Of a stretch of 64,000 nt of DNA, positions 10,401-18,831 are shown piece by piece. The notes under the pieces were generated by a model that ran no database searches, was not told where the DNA came from, and saw only the letters and a program-made list of their open reading frames with translations. The position numbers and the translations under genes were made by a program. Within the stretch, counting starts at the first letter, position 1. Every line of letters begins with the position of its first letter. Source of the DNA: Candidatus Obscuribacteraceae bacterium (GTDB lineage Bacteria; Cyanobacteriota; Vampirovibrionia; Obscuribacterales; Obscuribacteraceae); the NCBI GenBank assembly GCA_044229845.1, contig JBGASG010000003.1, forward strand, positions 320,001 to 384,000, in the 5' to 3' direction.

Positions 10401-11140
10401 ATAGCGGGGGCGACAATGTTTCAGAGATCGCCTACGACCCATACGGACGAGTGCGCCTCATGTCTGGAAGCTTCACCCCAGATTTTGCCTTTGCCAGCAT
10501 GTATTTCCACGCACCTAGTGGACTAAATCTGACAAAATTTCGCGCTTTCAGCCCAGGTTTGTGTAGCTGGATCAGTCGCGACCCGCTCAATAATGAATCG
10601 TTCCCATATGCATACTGCCAGAACGAACCGACTGGTCGAATTGACCCTAGCGGCTTATTTCACTTCGACCCAAAAGTCTGTTGCCAGGTTAGGGACAAGC
10701 TTAAGGAACTGGCATCCCAATCTCGAGAAAACAATCGAGAAATGGGAATCCCCTTCAATATCGATTCAGAGGGAAACGTTACGTTCGGCCTGCCTGAAAC
10801 CGGAAAGACACCAGAAGGTCCGATTAACGGCCAAGCGGGATTCTCTAATGTTGGGATGACACACGTTATAGGGGGCATGGGCGGCACTTATGACATCCTC
10901 GGCCAAAAGGTAACCATTCCAAACGAACTTGGAGCACCGTTTGGCGCGAATTCTGGATTTAGCGCAAAGAAAGGAGACTTCAAGCCCAAACCGTTCATTC
11001 CTTGGACCATTAATGGAACCGGTGATATTTTCCTGATTGAAAACGGACACACTTATCACATGACCCCGGATTGTAAAAAATGCTGGGACTTAGGCACACC
11101 TACGGAACCGATCTTTGACGGTGTCAAACCCTGCCCCTAA
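4436..11140 (+). CDS. RHS/YD-repeat polymorphic toxin with an N-terminal C39-like peptidase domain, seven inserted sheath-like repeats and a C-terminal toxin tip
   Basis: C39 triad CGPYAV / HF / QDP; many YD repeats (YDAMDRL, YDALARM, YDSAGQI); RHS core YDPYG...RDP...YAYCQNEPTGRIDPSGL. Confidence 0.9.
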   Translation: MEHDPGSSFRCGPYAVAALLRLSGKRPKDMSVIKKASSTSKGTSLFQLKTWAEQSGMKTQVAKRTAGAQIAVPSVMHRKLAHFGAITAFRQNRYRVQDPTFSKSSNLWMTPEAIDSESSGYFLVRAGNLPSGWQKVSDAEAKTIWGKGFMETRYEGKTESEPQTDMGDRGGGEGSCNTGMPTVNAFTMQAALAINDVPLSYNCPIFASPMEFRLHWNQNQEDEPSIFGFTNLGANWSLNWVSWVHVDGSNNALVHVRGGGVDHYPYTGSPSTPYDASILSQAQLTVPSTGVYQRLLPDGSIEVFDLADGTGNYMLTALIDPQGNEASVQYDSNLRVTAVLDPSSNASTFTYVSNTVGNSGFYKIAAITDAFSRSCSFSYDGTNTFLTGITDSVGNVSSFQYNTSTSFIDSMTTNYGTTSFETSTITSGYVHPARQLKFTFPDGTTSVLQNLLDHMYSYFWDREAMARYPNDPNNRIFTHCKTTQFMSEQNTTNEYPVMYWIKPALKAPVYFTYPDAFFEQFYGTINKPTQTTRDTALNKTWNFTVGGTINAGNVFSLNIFNSLIPGGSTVVQYTAQAGDTAQVVVSSLATAASSNAGLIDAGIYARSSGSRVSIVPTCTNLAATGITHSVSGSGSTFTGFYEGNSWFVGQLGGTLTNGDVLTAFIDAPTPFPDEEVTHTVQSGDTLESIAQDIAVKVNALQSVQSNDLSVSAIGSKIITRRLNSGTYYPSFFWNSGATETITDAGSDANEINSYEWNSQGKPTRTVAPYGREFSYSYASNGIDLEEIRETKDSDNFLLGKWTYNSQHEPLTQIDGSGQQTVNTYNVFGQLTSTTDALSNVTSYQYTSTATATVGGTVNSGNQVNLTVSDPALPGGSVTVSHTAGSGETKAQVAAALVTAINSNSDLQTLGVTASRTGAVITLKSTSVNATSYSRTVTGTITLALSNVAYGFLTKITGPLQQNDITTLSWNPNGTLASSTDSEGYSLAFQYDAMDRLTQTTHPDGTSDQIKYQDLDAIFFIDRLGRTTQRSFDAMDQLAFEIDPLGRKTKYTWCSCGSPSTLTDPANNVTTWNHDLEGRIIKKVLADSTTTSYLWEDNTGWLRSRTDALGQVTRYNNLLDGSLGSVMYPNANNPTSPVTYFLAPNFRRLQAAHNAWGQYNYAYNDYITDPLAPPITGGGRISQITNSVIPNSAVTYSYDALARMTNRSINGSSNSITWSYDAMSRVTQEVNALGTFGFTYVDDVSPNSKGVSRLASISYPNGQQTKFSWFDNTRDQRLREITNLDPSSQTLSQFDYSYDSAGQITRWLQQQKGSHQNFALDYDLAGQLTGAAAGRGSTAPPFANQNFYSYDAAANRTSAQQSQVQNLVVAGTKTTGDVLTVTVIDSALSGGQLAVPYTVASGDTLTTIARKLAATITSKAALQTIGVDAVASGTTITLRSKSPNITIYTTSLSGGATETITAGINSATHNITIGGTAHDGDQLQVIVRDPALSGGQTTVNYTVPTGASLNTIASGLASAINAGSGLAALGITATSKQRVITVKTLSPNVTNFTGSVSGAGATVTMSLGVSLNGSVTALISGTATGNDILTISVFDAGLSGGQHDISYTVLPSDTLATITSALAAAINADSQLRLIGVKASASSTKLTVTSVSTNDTTYLPSKSAGATETILWGLPANGTITASVAGSITAGDVVTINVFDAGLSGGSTSVSHTVAAGDTRKIIAASLASQINGNAGLAAIGVTALAVTPAGSVNVVNITSASSNATTYAKSTSPGATLSLTLSKSVGVTKATFNNVNELTSLSAGGATRFQGTTDRPVLPVTIDGNAAEMTTSQSFNGTAVLDVNPDSVPVSATAGGGSGTTTNDYKLDHVGATATLTFDANGNMTSDGTNSFSWDAENRLIQITFPGTGNNSSFLYDALGDRVRIIETRNSSVLTTQQFIFCGLTACEERDISGSLTKEFFSFGQTVGGTTSKYFYWFTHRGDVCTVTDSGGDNVSEIAYDPYGRVRLMSGSFTPDFAFASMYFHAPSGLNLTKFRAFSPGLCSWISRDPLNNESFPYAYCQNEPTGRIDPSGLFHFDPKVCCQVRDKLKELASQSRENNREMGIPFNIDSEGNVTFGLPETGKTPEGPINGQAGFSNVGMTHVIGGMGGTYDILGQKVTIPNELGAPFGANSGFSAKKGDFKPKPFIPWTINGTGDIFLIENGHTYHMTPDCKKCWDLGTPTEPIFDGVKPCP
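8165..10090 (+). repeat. Copy 1 of a ~1.9-kb direct repeat inside the RHS gene
   Basis: Aligns with 12041-13966 at constant offset 3876; long identical stretches with scattered substitutions. Confidence 0.95.
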
Positions 11141-11207
11141 TCAATGGGAACAACCGTGTGGCTAAGAAAAGCAGGAACTGTTAAGCTGTTCAACGAGGTA
11201 CCAAGCT

Positions 11208-11486
11208 TTGAAAAAGATCGCCAGTCTGAGTTTGATTGCTTCTCTCGCGGTTTTATCACTTCTGCTGCTATCCACGTACTTTTTCGAAGATCTTCCAATG
11301 GAGTTAGCAGTGGACAGTTGGGAACGCGGACATCCTGATCGAGCAGCCTTCTATAAAACTGGTGTGTTGCACACGCTCGTTGCCAATGTTCAGTGGAATG
11401 TTTTGCATTGCCCCGAGTCCCATCTGCCCGACGCAGCTACTCTTTATCGACTTTATCGAGATTTTCGGGATCACGAAGCCAACTGA
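11208..11486 (+). CDS. Small membrane-anchored or exported protein, candidate immunity protein for RHS tip 1
   Basis: Position directly after the toxin tip, lower GC, MKK plus hydrophobic N-terminus; TTG start. Confidence 0.45.
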   Translation: MKKIASLSLIASLAVLSLLLLSTYFFEDLPMELAVDSWERGHPDRAAFYKTGVLHTLVANVQWNVLHCPESHLPDAATLYRLYRDFRDHEAN

Positions 11487-11592
11487 GATCGACGTCATCC
11501 CTTCTCCACAGGAGTCGGCAGACTCACAGCGGCGCCTCGACATGACTTCGTCTTCCTAACAGGCAACGAGAGGCGAGGGCGAGCGCGAAGGC

Positions 11593-11686
11593 AGATATCG
11601 TCTTCGCGTCAAGCAGCCATGAAGTCCGCGCAGAACGGCTTTCCGGTTTTGAGCACTCCGAAAACTATATGCAGAAGCTTTCGCCC
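11593..11686 (-). mobile_element. IS110-family remnant: transposase C-terminus and right end
   Basis: Minus strand reads RKLLHIVFGVLKTGKPFCADFMAA* (typical IS110 C-terminal helix); the stop lies within GCTTGACGCGAAGACGATATCT, resembling IS110/IS621-type right ends (TTGAC...AAGAC..TATCT). Confidence 0.7.
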
Positions 11687-12040
11687 CTGATATCTGGTGG
11701 GGACGCTTAGAGAGCCAGCATCGCCCGAACCAACGGCAAAGCCAGGGAAAGCTGGTGACCGCTTGCGGCTTGATGGTATCGACGATTTCGCCTTCGTGAG
11801 ACTTGAGTGCAGTGAGGTATTACCACCATGGCTGGAGGCATCCAAAGCACCCAGAACTCCTGGAGCTGAGGAATTTTGGTTTTGCCATCGGTGTTGGACC
11901 AACCCTTTTTACGCCCAACACCTCGATACGAAGAGGGCGGTCTGTCCATCGGAGTGGCTCCGCGGACCAGGGCCCCCCGCTGCTACTCCTTACGCCAAGC
12001 TGGAGACCGAACGGGACGGTTGACTCTGCCCGGCTTCAGA

Positions 12041-13966
12041 TCTCCCAATTCGAAAGGCGTCAGCCGCCTGGCAAGCATCTCGTACCCTAATGGCCAGCAG
12101 ACCAAGTTCTCCTGGTTCGATAACGCCAGGAACCAACGCCTGCGCGAAATCACCAATCTCGATCCGAACTCGCAGACGCTCTCACAGTTTGATTATTCCT
12201 ACGATTCTGCCGGGCAGATCACTCGCTGGCTTCAGCAACAAAAGGGCAGCCACCAAAACTTTGCCCTGGATTACGATGCTGCCGGTCAGCTCACTGGCGC
12301 CGCCGCCGGACGCGGTAGCACAGCGCCACCATTCGCCAACCAAAACTTCTACAGCTACGATGCCGCCGCCAACCGTACCTCCGCTCAACAAAGTCAGGTG
12401 CAGAATTTAGTCGTCGCCGGCACTAAAACCACTGGCGACGTGTTGACGGTCACCGTTATCGACAGCGCGCTCTCCGGTGGGCAGCTGGCAGTCCCCTACA
12501 CCGTCGCATCCGGAGATACGCTTACCACCATCGCCCGCAAGCTTGCCGCCACCATCACCTCAAAGGCAGCGCTGCAGACTATAGGCGTTGATGCTGTTGC
12601 GAGCGGCACCACCATCACTTTGCGCTCAAAGTCCCCGAATATAACGACCTATACCACCAGCCTCAGCGGTGGTGCCACAGAGACAATTACTGCCGGCATC
12701 AACTCCGCCACCCATAACATCACCATCGGCGGTACCGCTCACGACGGCGATCAGTTGCAAGTGATTGTCCGCGATCCAGCTCTCTCCGGCGGGCAAACAA
12801 CCGTTAACTATACCGTTCCCACCGGAGCATCCCTCAACACCATCGCTTCTGGGCTGGCCAGCGCCATTAACGCGGACAGCGGCCTGGCGGCGCTTGGCAT
12901 TACGGCTACCTCGAAGCAACGCGTGATTACGGTGAAAACCCTCTCGCCCAACGTCACCAATTTGACGGGCACTGTCTCGGGCACTGGCGCCACGGTGACC
13001 ATGTCCCTCGGTGTCAGCCTTAACGGCTCGGTTACCGCGCTCATTTCCGGGAACGCAACCGCCAACGACGCCCTCACCATTTCAGTTTTCGATGCAGGGC
13101 TCTCCGGCGGGCAGCGCGATATCTCCTACACCGTGCTCCCTTCCGACACGCTTGCCACCATCACGAGCGCGTTGGCAGCAGCCATAAATGCTGACAGTCA
13201 ACTGCGACTGATCGGTGTCAAAGCGTCAGCCTCTTCCACAAAGTTGACGGTCACTTCCGTCTCAACCAACGACACTACCTACCTGCCATCCAAGAGTGCG
13301 GGCGCCACCGAAACTATCCTCTGGGGTCTGCCCGCCAACGGCACCGTCACCGCATCCGTTGCTGGCCCGATTACCGCCGGCGACATCGTGACCATCACCG
13401 TGTTTGACGCCGGTTTGAGCGGCGGCTCCACGTCCGTATCCCACACGGTGGCAGCCGGGGATACGCGCAAAATAATCGCCACCTCCCTCGCTAGCCAGAT
13501 CAACGGCAACACCAGTCTTGCCGCTATTGGAGTTAGTGCTCTCGCCGTCACGCCGGCCGGCTCAGTCAATGTGGTAAACATTACTTCTGCGTCCTCCAAT
13601 GCCACCACGTATGCCAAATCCATAAGTCCCGGCGCGACCTTGTCGCTAACCTTGAGTAAGAGCGTCGGCGTAACGAAGGCAACCTTCAACAACGTCAACG
13701 AACTCACCACGCTGTCTGCCGGCGGCGCCACCAGGTTTCAAGGCACGACAGATCGTCCAGTGCTGCCGGTCACCGTCGATGGAAACGCCGCAGATATGAC
13801 TACCTCACAAAGTTTCAACGGCAATGCAGTGCTAGATGTGAACCCGGACAGCGTCCCAGTCAGCGCCACCACTGGCGGCGGCAGCGGTACAACCACCAAC
13901 GATTACAAACTAGACTATGTCGGTGCCAACGCAACGCTGACCTTCGATGCCAACGGCAATATGACG
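12041..13966 (+). repeat. Copy 2 of the ~1.9-kb direct repeat
   Basis: Matches 8165-10090; DNA identity collapses after FDANGNMT. Confidence 0.95.
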
Positions 13967-14971
13967 TCCGATGGGACGAATTCGTACTCCTGGGATGCGG
14001 AAAATAGGTTGGTGCAAATCACGTATTCGGGGAGCGGCAACAATAGTCAGTTCGCGTACGATCCATTGGGTCGGAATGTGAAGATTGAGGAACGGACCGC
14101 TGGCAGTGTGACGAGCACAAAGCAATATGTTTGGGTCAGATGGGACCGGCGGGAGGAACGCGACGCATCTGGGAACTTAACGAAAGAGTTTTTCAATGCA
14201 GGGCAGCTTAACGGCAGCACCAAATATTTCTATGCGACCGATTGGCTGGGTTCGATTCGAGAGTTAACTGACAACAGTGGTGCTATCCAAGCTGAGTATT
14301 CTTATGACCCATATGGTCGCCCGACGAAGATTGTTGAGTCCTCGCCTTCAGATTTTGGCTACGCGGGGTTGTTCGTGCACAGCCGTAGTGGTCTGAACTT
14401 TGCCGCCGTTAGGAATTACAACCCCTCCCTTGGTCGCTGGCTGAATCGCGATCCGATTGGCGAACGCGGCGGCCTAAATCTCTACCGTTATGCCAGGAGC
14501 AATCCCATATCCTTCTTTGATCAACTGGGAATGATGGCATCCCAAGGGGGAACAGCAGCCACTCCCCCAGATCCTGGTTCCATAGGCGAGCAAGCAGCAA
14601 GTTCTGCGATGGGTGGTGGTGGTGGTGAGCCCCCAAATCCAAATAAGAAGCCACCAGAGAAAAAAGATCCCGATCCAAAGGATCCGATCGATAAGGAACT
14701 GGAGGATTGCCTCGACGAAGCTGAGCATTGGCTTGAGGCGGCCGAGGAAATCCTGAAGAGACCGGACAATCAAAAACCGAAATGCAGCTCCAAAAAAGGG
14801 AGAAGAGTAACACACGAAGATCTGCTAGAGCAATTTGCGAAAATGATTGCTGACTGTATCGAAGAAGCCGATGAAAAGCGGGAAAAGAGAAACGACCAGG
14901 ATGAGAAAATCCTTCAAAAGATGCGAGAATGGCACAAGTGGTATGTCGAAAACATCAAAAGCAAACTCTGA
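12041..14971 (+). pseudogene. Orphan (5'-truncated) RHS cassette with a different core and toxin tip
   Basis: Homology to the main RHS begins abruptly at SPNSKGVSRLASI with no credible start; core YDPYGR...RNYNPSLGRWLNRDPIGERGGLNLYRYARSNPISFFDQLG; ORF open to the stop at 14971. Confidence 0.85.
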
Positions 14972-14983
14972 TTCGAGGTTTTA

Positions 14984-15343
14984 ATGGCGAACAATCAAGC
15001 CGAAGGAAGCGATGGGATCAAAGAAAGTGACATTGTTGCAGAAACGAAGGTTATCTTCATTCGCGCATCTGATGGCGAGCGCCTGTTCGTCCGCCTGGGA
15101 ATCGGGCGTCCATTCTTCATTGCAAATGATCTGTGTTCATACTGCTACATCTTTATGGATGGGCATCTCAAACCATTGAAAGTCAGCGGCACAGATTCGC
15201 TCCAGGCGCTTTGTCTTGCGGTCCAGTTCTTGCGAAAGCAGCTGGAGACGGTGCGTAAGATGGGGTGGACGATTCTCGAAGATGATCCAAGTTCGGAGAC
15301 TGCCGAAACTTTTGACATCGACGCCTGCTTTGGTCGGAAATAG
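14984..15343 (+). CDS. DUF6968-like protein, candidate immunity protein for RHS tip 2
   Basis: 12 nt after the toxin stop with a GAGG RBS; pattern IGRP...C...I.G...VSGTDSLQALCLA resembles DUF6968. Confidence 0.6.
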   Translation: MANNQAEGSDGIKESDIVAETKVIFIRASDGERLFVRLGIGRPFFIANDLCSYCYIFMDGHLKPLKVSGTDSLQALCLAVQFLRKQLETVRKMGWTILEDDPSSETAETFDIDACFGRK

Positions 15344-15538
15344 GAGTCTTAGCAATCGCACGTTTTGTGAGGCATTTGCATTTCTCGATCGCGCACCGGT
15401 TCCTTCCGTGCTTTTGGCGCGACCGAACTTGAGATGCTATCATCCTGAAACAGCCTGCTGGACAGCGATTCCCAATACCACCACTTCTGTCCGGTGAGGC
15501 GCATTTCTGCGTGGAGCCGCTTGGATGCTGGGAGTTAA

Positions 15539-15640
15539 GTAAGCGTTCCAGCAACACCACGTTGACTCAGATCAGAGATCACGTAAGTTGAAATGGAGGG
15601 GTGCAAGGGTACCCCAAAAGCCGACGTCGAAGGCACCATA
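15539..15640 (+). mobile_element. IS66-type terminal sequence, possibly a left-end stub with promoter and tnpA start
   Basis: GTAAGCGTTCCAGCAACACCAC (IS66 ends begin GTAA), then TTGACT-16 nt-TAAGTT, GGAGG and GTG-QGYPKSRRRRH. Confidence 0.5.
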
Positions 15641-15717
15641 TTCGGAAACCCGCAACAGGGCGTTGTTTGAAAAAGTCACGAATGAAACTTAATCGTTTTG
15701 ATCAGACACTGGTAGAT
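15617..15717. repeat. Left arm of a 101-bp inverted repeat (inner 91 bp perfect)
   Basis: Reverse complement of 18078-18178 with two mismatches in the outer 10 bp. Confidence 0.95.
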
Positions 15718-15728
15718 AAATATGCCAC

Positions 15729-17220
15729 TTAATGCGGTGCGAGACTTGAGGCGAGCTGAGACGCGAGCCACCGGTCCGGTAGCAAATCACCAATCTCCTC
15801 GTAGTCCTGGTTTGTCAGCGTTTCCAGAACGTCTTTCCAGTATTGGAATGGATTCACGGAAAGCAGCTTACAACTATTGGTCAAACTGGCAAGGATTGAG
15901 AAAGTGTCGCCTGCGTCTTCGTCTCCCAAGAACACCAGTTTTTCCTTCCTACCGCTACTGGGCGCAGGGCCCGTTCCGCTGCATTGTTATCGATCGGAAG
16001 AAATCCTCGTTCAGTGTAGCGCGTCAAGTTGGACCAGCGCGAGACCGAGTACTGCAGGGCCTCTCCAATTGCACTTTTCGGCAGTGTGCGAGTCTGAACG
16101 TCGCGCATCCAGTCGTGCATTTCAACCAATCTCGGCACCGCTTCTCGCTGACGAAGTTGGTGGCGGTCATCCTCCTCAAGAAGATTTCCTTGTCGCTCAA
16201 TTTCATACAGGACGTGGATTCTTGCCAAAGCTTCGTCTGCAATCCGAGGATTGTTTCCCTGCGCTCGTTCGAAGTAGCGACGCGCATGCGCCATGCAACA
16301 GAGCCGTTTCGCCTGCGTGGCGCTCGCCAACGCGTCATAACCACCGTAGGCGTCCGCTTGCACGTATCCGGCGAAGTCATTCAAAAAGTCTTGTGCATGC
16401 TTGTGTCCTCGGTCTGGGTGCCACTCAAATATTACGTAGGGGTGGTCTTCGTGACCGAGATAGGTCCAGGCATAACCGGTTGGTGCTTTACCGGCACCCT
16501 TCCTCTGAAACTTCACAGGCGTCTCGTCTGCATGGATTATCCGCGACTGCAATACCTCATCTCGCATTCGCTCGTAAATGGGTCGAACCTTTCTGCACAG
16601 ACTGCAAGCCACCGACTCATGCTGGAACGAGCAACCTTGACTCCCTGGCGTTCATACATCTGCTCTTGTCGGTATAGTGGCAGATGGTTCGCATACTTGT
16701 TTTCGATTGTGTTTGCAAGCAATCCAAATCCTGGCATGCCCTTCGCGATCGGCTGGGCACTTGTTCGGGGTGCTAACACAATATGTCCGTCGCACGTCCT
16801 GCATCCGTATTTAACTTGGCGGTGGTCAGTCACCGCGAACCTGCCTGGAATGTACTCCAGCTCTTTCCATGATTCGTGCCCAATGATCTGCCGCACGTCG
16901 GTGCACTTTGGACATCGCCGCTCTTCATCCGAAAGCGTGTACTCCTGAACAGCTTCTGGAGCGGTCACGGATGTCACCCTCCCTCCACCTCCACGCCGTC
17001 TTTCTGACGTGGCCGATCGCCCGTCGGTATACCCCGAAGCTATTTGTTGAGCGAACAGAGTAAGCTGATTCGGATCTATCTTTTCCGACTTGCTGCCAAA
17101 CTCTTCTCTGAGAAACAATTCAAGACGACGCCCCAGTCGTTCATTGTCTGCCCGCAGCTCCACAATTATTTGATGGCACAAGCTAATATCGTTTGGTAGT
17201 TTTTCCGGACTTACTGGCAT
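15729..17220 (-). pseudogene. tnpC: IS66 transposase TnpC with two apparent single-base deletions
   Basis: FGSKSEK, zinc-finger CPKC/CRTC, HLPLYRQ, HADETP, QADAYGGY, CMAHARR, IDNNAAERALR, GRKNW; frame breaks near 16590 and 15935. Confidence 0.9.
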
Positions 17221-17629
17221 ATCTTGTCTCGCTGCAAGAATCTTGCAAGGTCGTATCATGCACCATATGCGGTGTCGACGGTCTGCGAAATCTCTGTCGC
17301 CGGCGGATACTGCTCAAATCAATTCCGTCCAGGATCATTCGCAGTGTGGATGCTTCGATTTCCACGCCGGCGGATGAAAAGTTCTCTAAGTCAGGAAACT
17401 CAAAAGTGCCTTTTGGAAGCATTTTGTACCACATGGCAAAGCCGTCGTTGTCCCAGTACAGCACCTTGATTCGGTCGCCTCGTTTGTTGCGGAAGACGAA
17501 CAGATAACCGGACTGCGGGTCCAAGTTCATCGCACTGCCGACGATGCCGGAAAGTGCATCAAAACTTTGTCGCATGTCAATGTCCGACGTGCAAATGAAT
17601 ATCCTCGTACCCAGAGCAGAACTCAGCAT
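17183..17629 (-). CDS. tnpB: IS66 accessory protein TnpB
   Basis: DMRQSFDAL...LFVFRNKRGDRIKVLYWDNDGF...YKML..GTF. Confidence 0.92.
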   Translation of the reverse strand: MLSSALGTRIFICTSDIDMRQSFDALSGIVGSAMNLDPQSGYLFVFRNKRGDRIKVLYWDNDGFAMWYKMLPKGTFEFPDLENFSSAGVEIEASTLRMILDGIDLSSIRRRQRFRRPSTPHMVHDTTLQDSCSETRYASKSGKTTKRY

Positions 17630-17630
17630 T

Positions 17631-18019
17631 TCACTTTCCCACAAATCGTTCAAGCAAGATATCTAGCAACTGAGGGTCGACCCCCTCATAAACTCGGAGA
17701 ACCATTTCATCAATCCAAGTCACTTCGGCAAGCAAACGCTCTTGCATCTCAATCGGTTGCGGCGTGTCCGGTAGCACGACGGGAACGAAGGAAGACTGAG
17801 TTCCACGTGTCATCTTGCGGCGCCGTTTCAATCGATCAGCGGCTGCGGCCGCATCGGTTCTCTTGATTCGAGTAACCCAATGTCCCAGTGTATTGACATT
17901 GAGCTTTCCCTTTCGCAAAACGCTTTCTGCGACAGATCAGAAGCCCGCCATTGAAGCAATATGGATCTCCACATCGCCTCCTTTTCTTCGTCCGGCGCGC
18001 CCCGAGATTTACGCGGCAT
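17631..18019 (-). pseudogene. tnpA: IS66 accessory protein TnpA (HTH), frameshifted
   Basis: W...L.QWRASDLSQKAFCER continues in another frame as LNVNTLGHW...FVPV; break in an A-run near 17905. Confidence 0.75.
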
Positions 18020-18077
18020 CGAAGCACCGATCACCGACACCAGCCGTTGCGAAAACACTCCATTCAGCGCTAATATG

Positions 18078-18178
18078 ATCTACCAGTGTCTGATCAAAAC
18101 GATTAAGTTTCATTCGTGACTTTTTCAAACAACGCCCTGTTGCGGGTTTCCGAATATGGTGCCTTCGATGGCGGCTTT
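18078..18178. repeat. Right arm of the 101-bp inverted repeat
   Basis: Reverse complement of 15617-15717. Confidence 0.95.
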
Positions 18179-18820
18179 ATCACTGGCGATGTACGCAGTG
18201 ATTGCGCTGGTTGTTTTTTTTCATCGCCGGCACGGCCAATTTGCCTTATATCTGGGCGACCCTGTCCACTCAACTGATCGCTGGGCTGATAGCTGATAGG
18301 CGTCTTCACGCTTGATGAAGATCTCATGCGCGAGCGTTTTCGTCCGCGTGGCAAAGACGAGGACCCACTGGCTCCTGCAATACTCAGCATCTTGCTATTA
18401 GCAATCATGGTGCTGTCCGCACTCGACGCCGGTCGTTGGCATCTATCCCAGATCCCAGCCTTCATTTGCATCATCGCCGAAATATTCCAGACAATTGGTT
18501 GGCTCGGATTTCTCTGGTCCATGAAAGTGAACGCGTTTTTTTCATCTGCAATTCGCTTGCAACCAGACCGCGGACAGTACGCCATCAGCGAGGGTCCGTA
18601 CCGATTCATGCGCCACCCTGGTTATGCGTTCGCTTCTCTGGCGTTTCTTACGCAAGGTCTCTCGATGGGCTCATGGCTCGCTGTCGCGCCGGCTTTGATT
18701 GTCGTTCTATACCTTTTATATAGGACGCAGCTTGAAGAGAAAATGTTGAGGGAGGGCTTGCCGGGCTATCATGACTATGCCGAGCGAGTGCGCTACCGAT
18801 GGCTGCCGGGCGTGTGGTAA
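18156..18820 (+). pseudogene. Isoprenylcysteine carboxyl methyltransferase (ICMT/PEMT) family membrane protein with a disrupted 5' part
   Basis: N.FFS..IRLQ.DRGQ..ISEGPYRFMRHPGY...RT..EE.ML...LPGY.DY...VRYRW.PG.W in 18326-18820; the upstream TM segment joins only if one T of a T8 run and a GCTGATA duplication are removed. Confidence 0.75.
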
Positions 18821-18831
18821 AACGCGGTGTT

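Noticed and set aside
11876..12040. 5' extension of the 1031-aa ORF as a real N-terminus
   Set aside because: It lies outside RHS homology in a structured non-coding segment and has a TTG start without a clear RBS.
8165..13966. Duplicated RHS segment as a DGR template/variable repeat pair
   Set aside because: The repeat is about 1.9 kb, differences are not adenine-specific, and there is no reverse transcriptase in the window.
15722..16948. 408-aa plus-strand ORF
   Set aside because: Antisense shadow of IS66 tnpC with no recognisable motifs.
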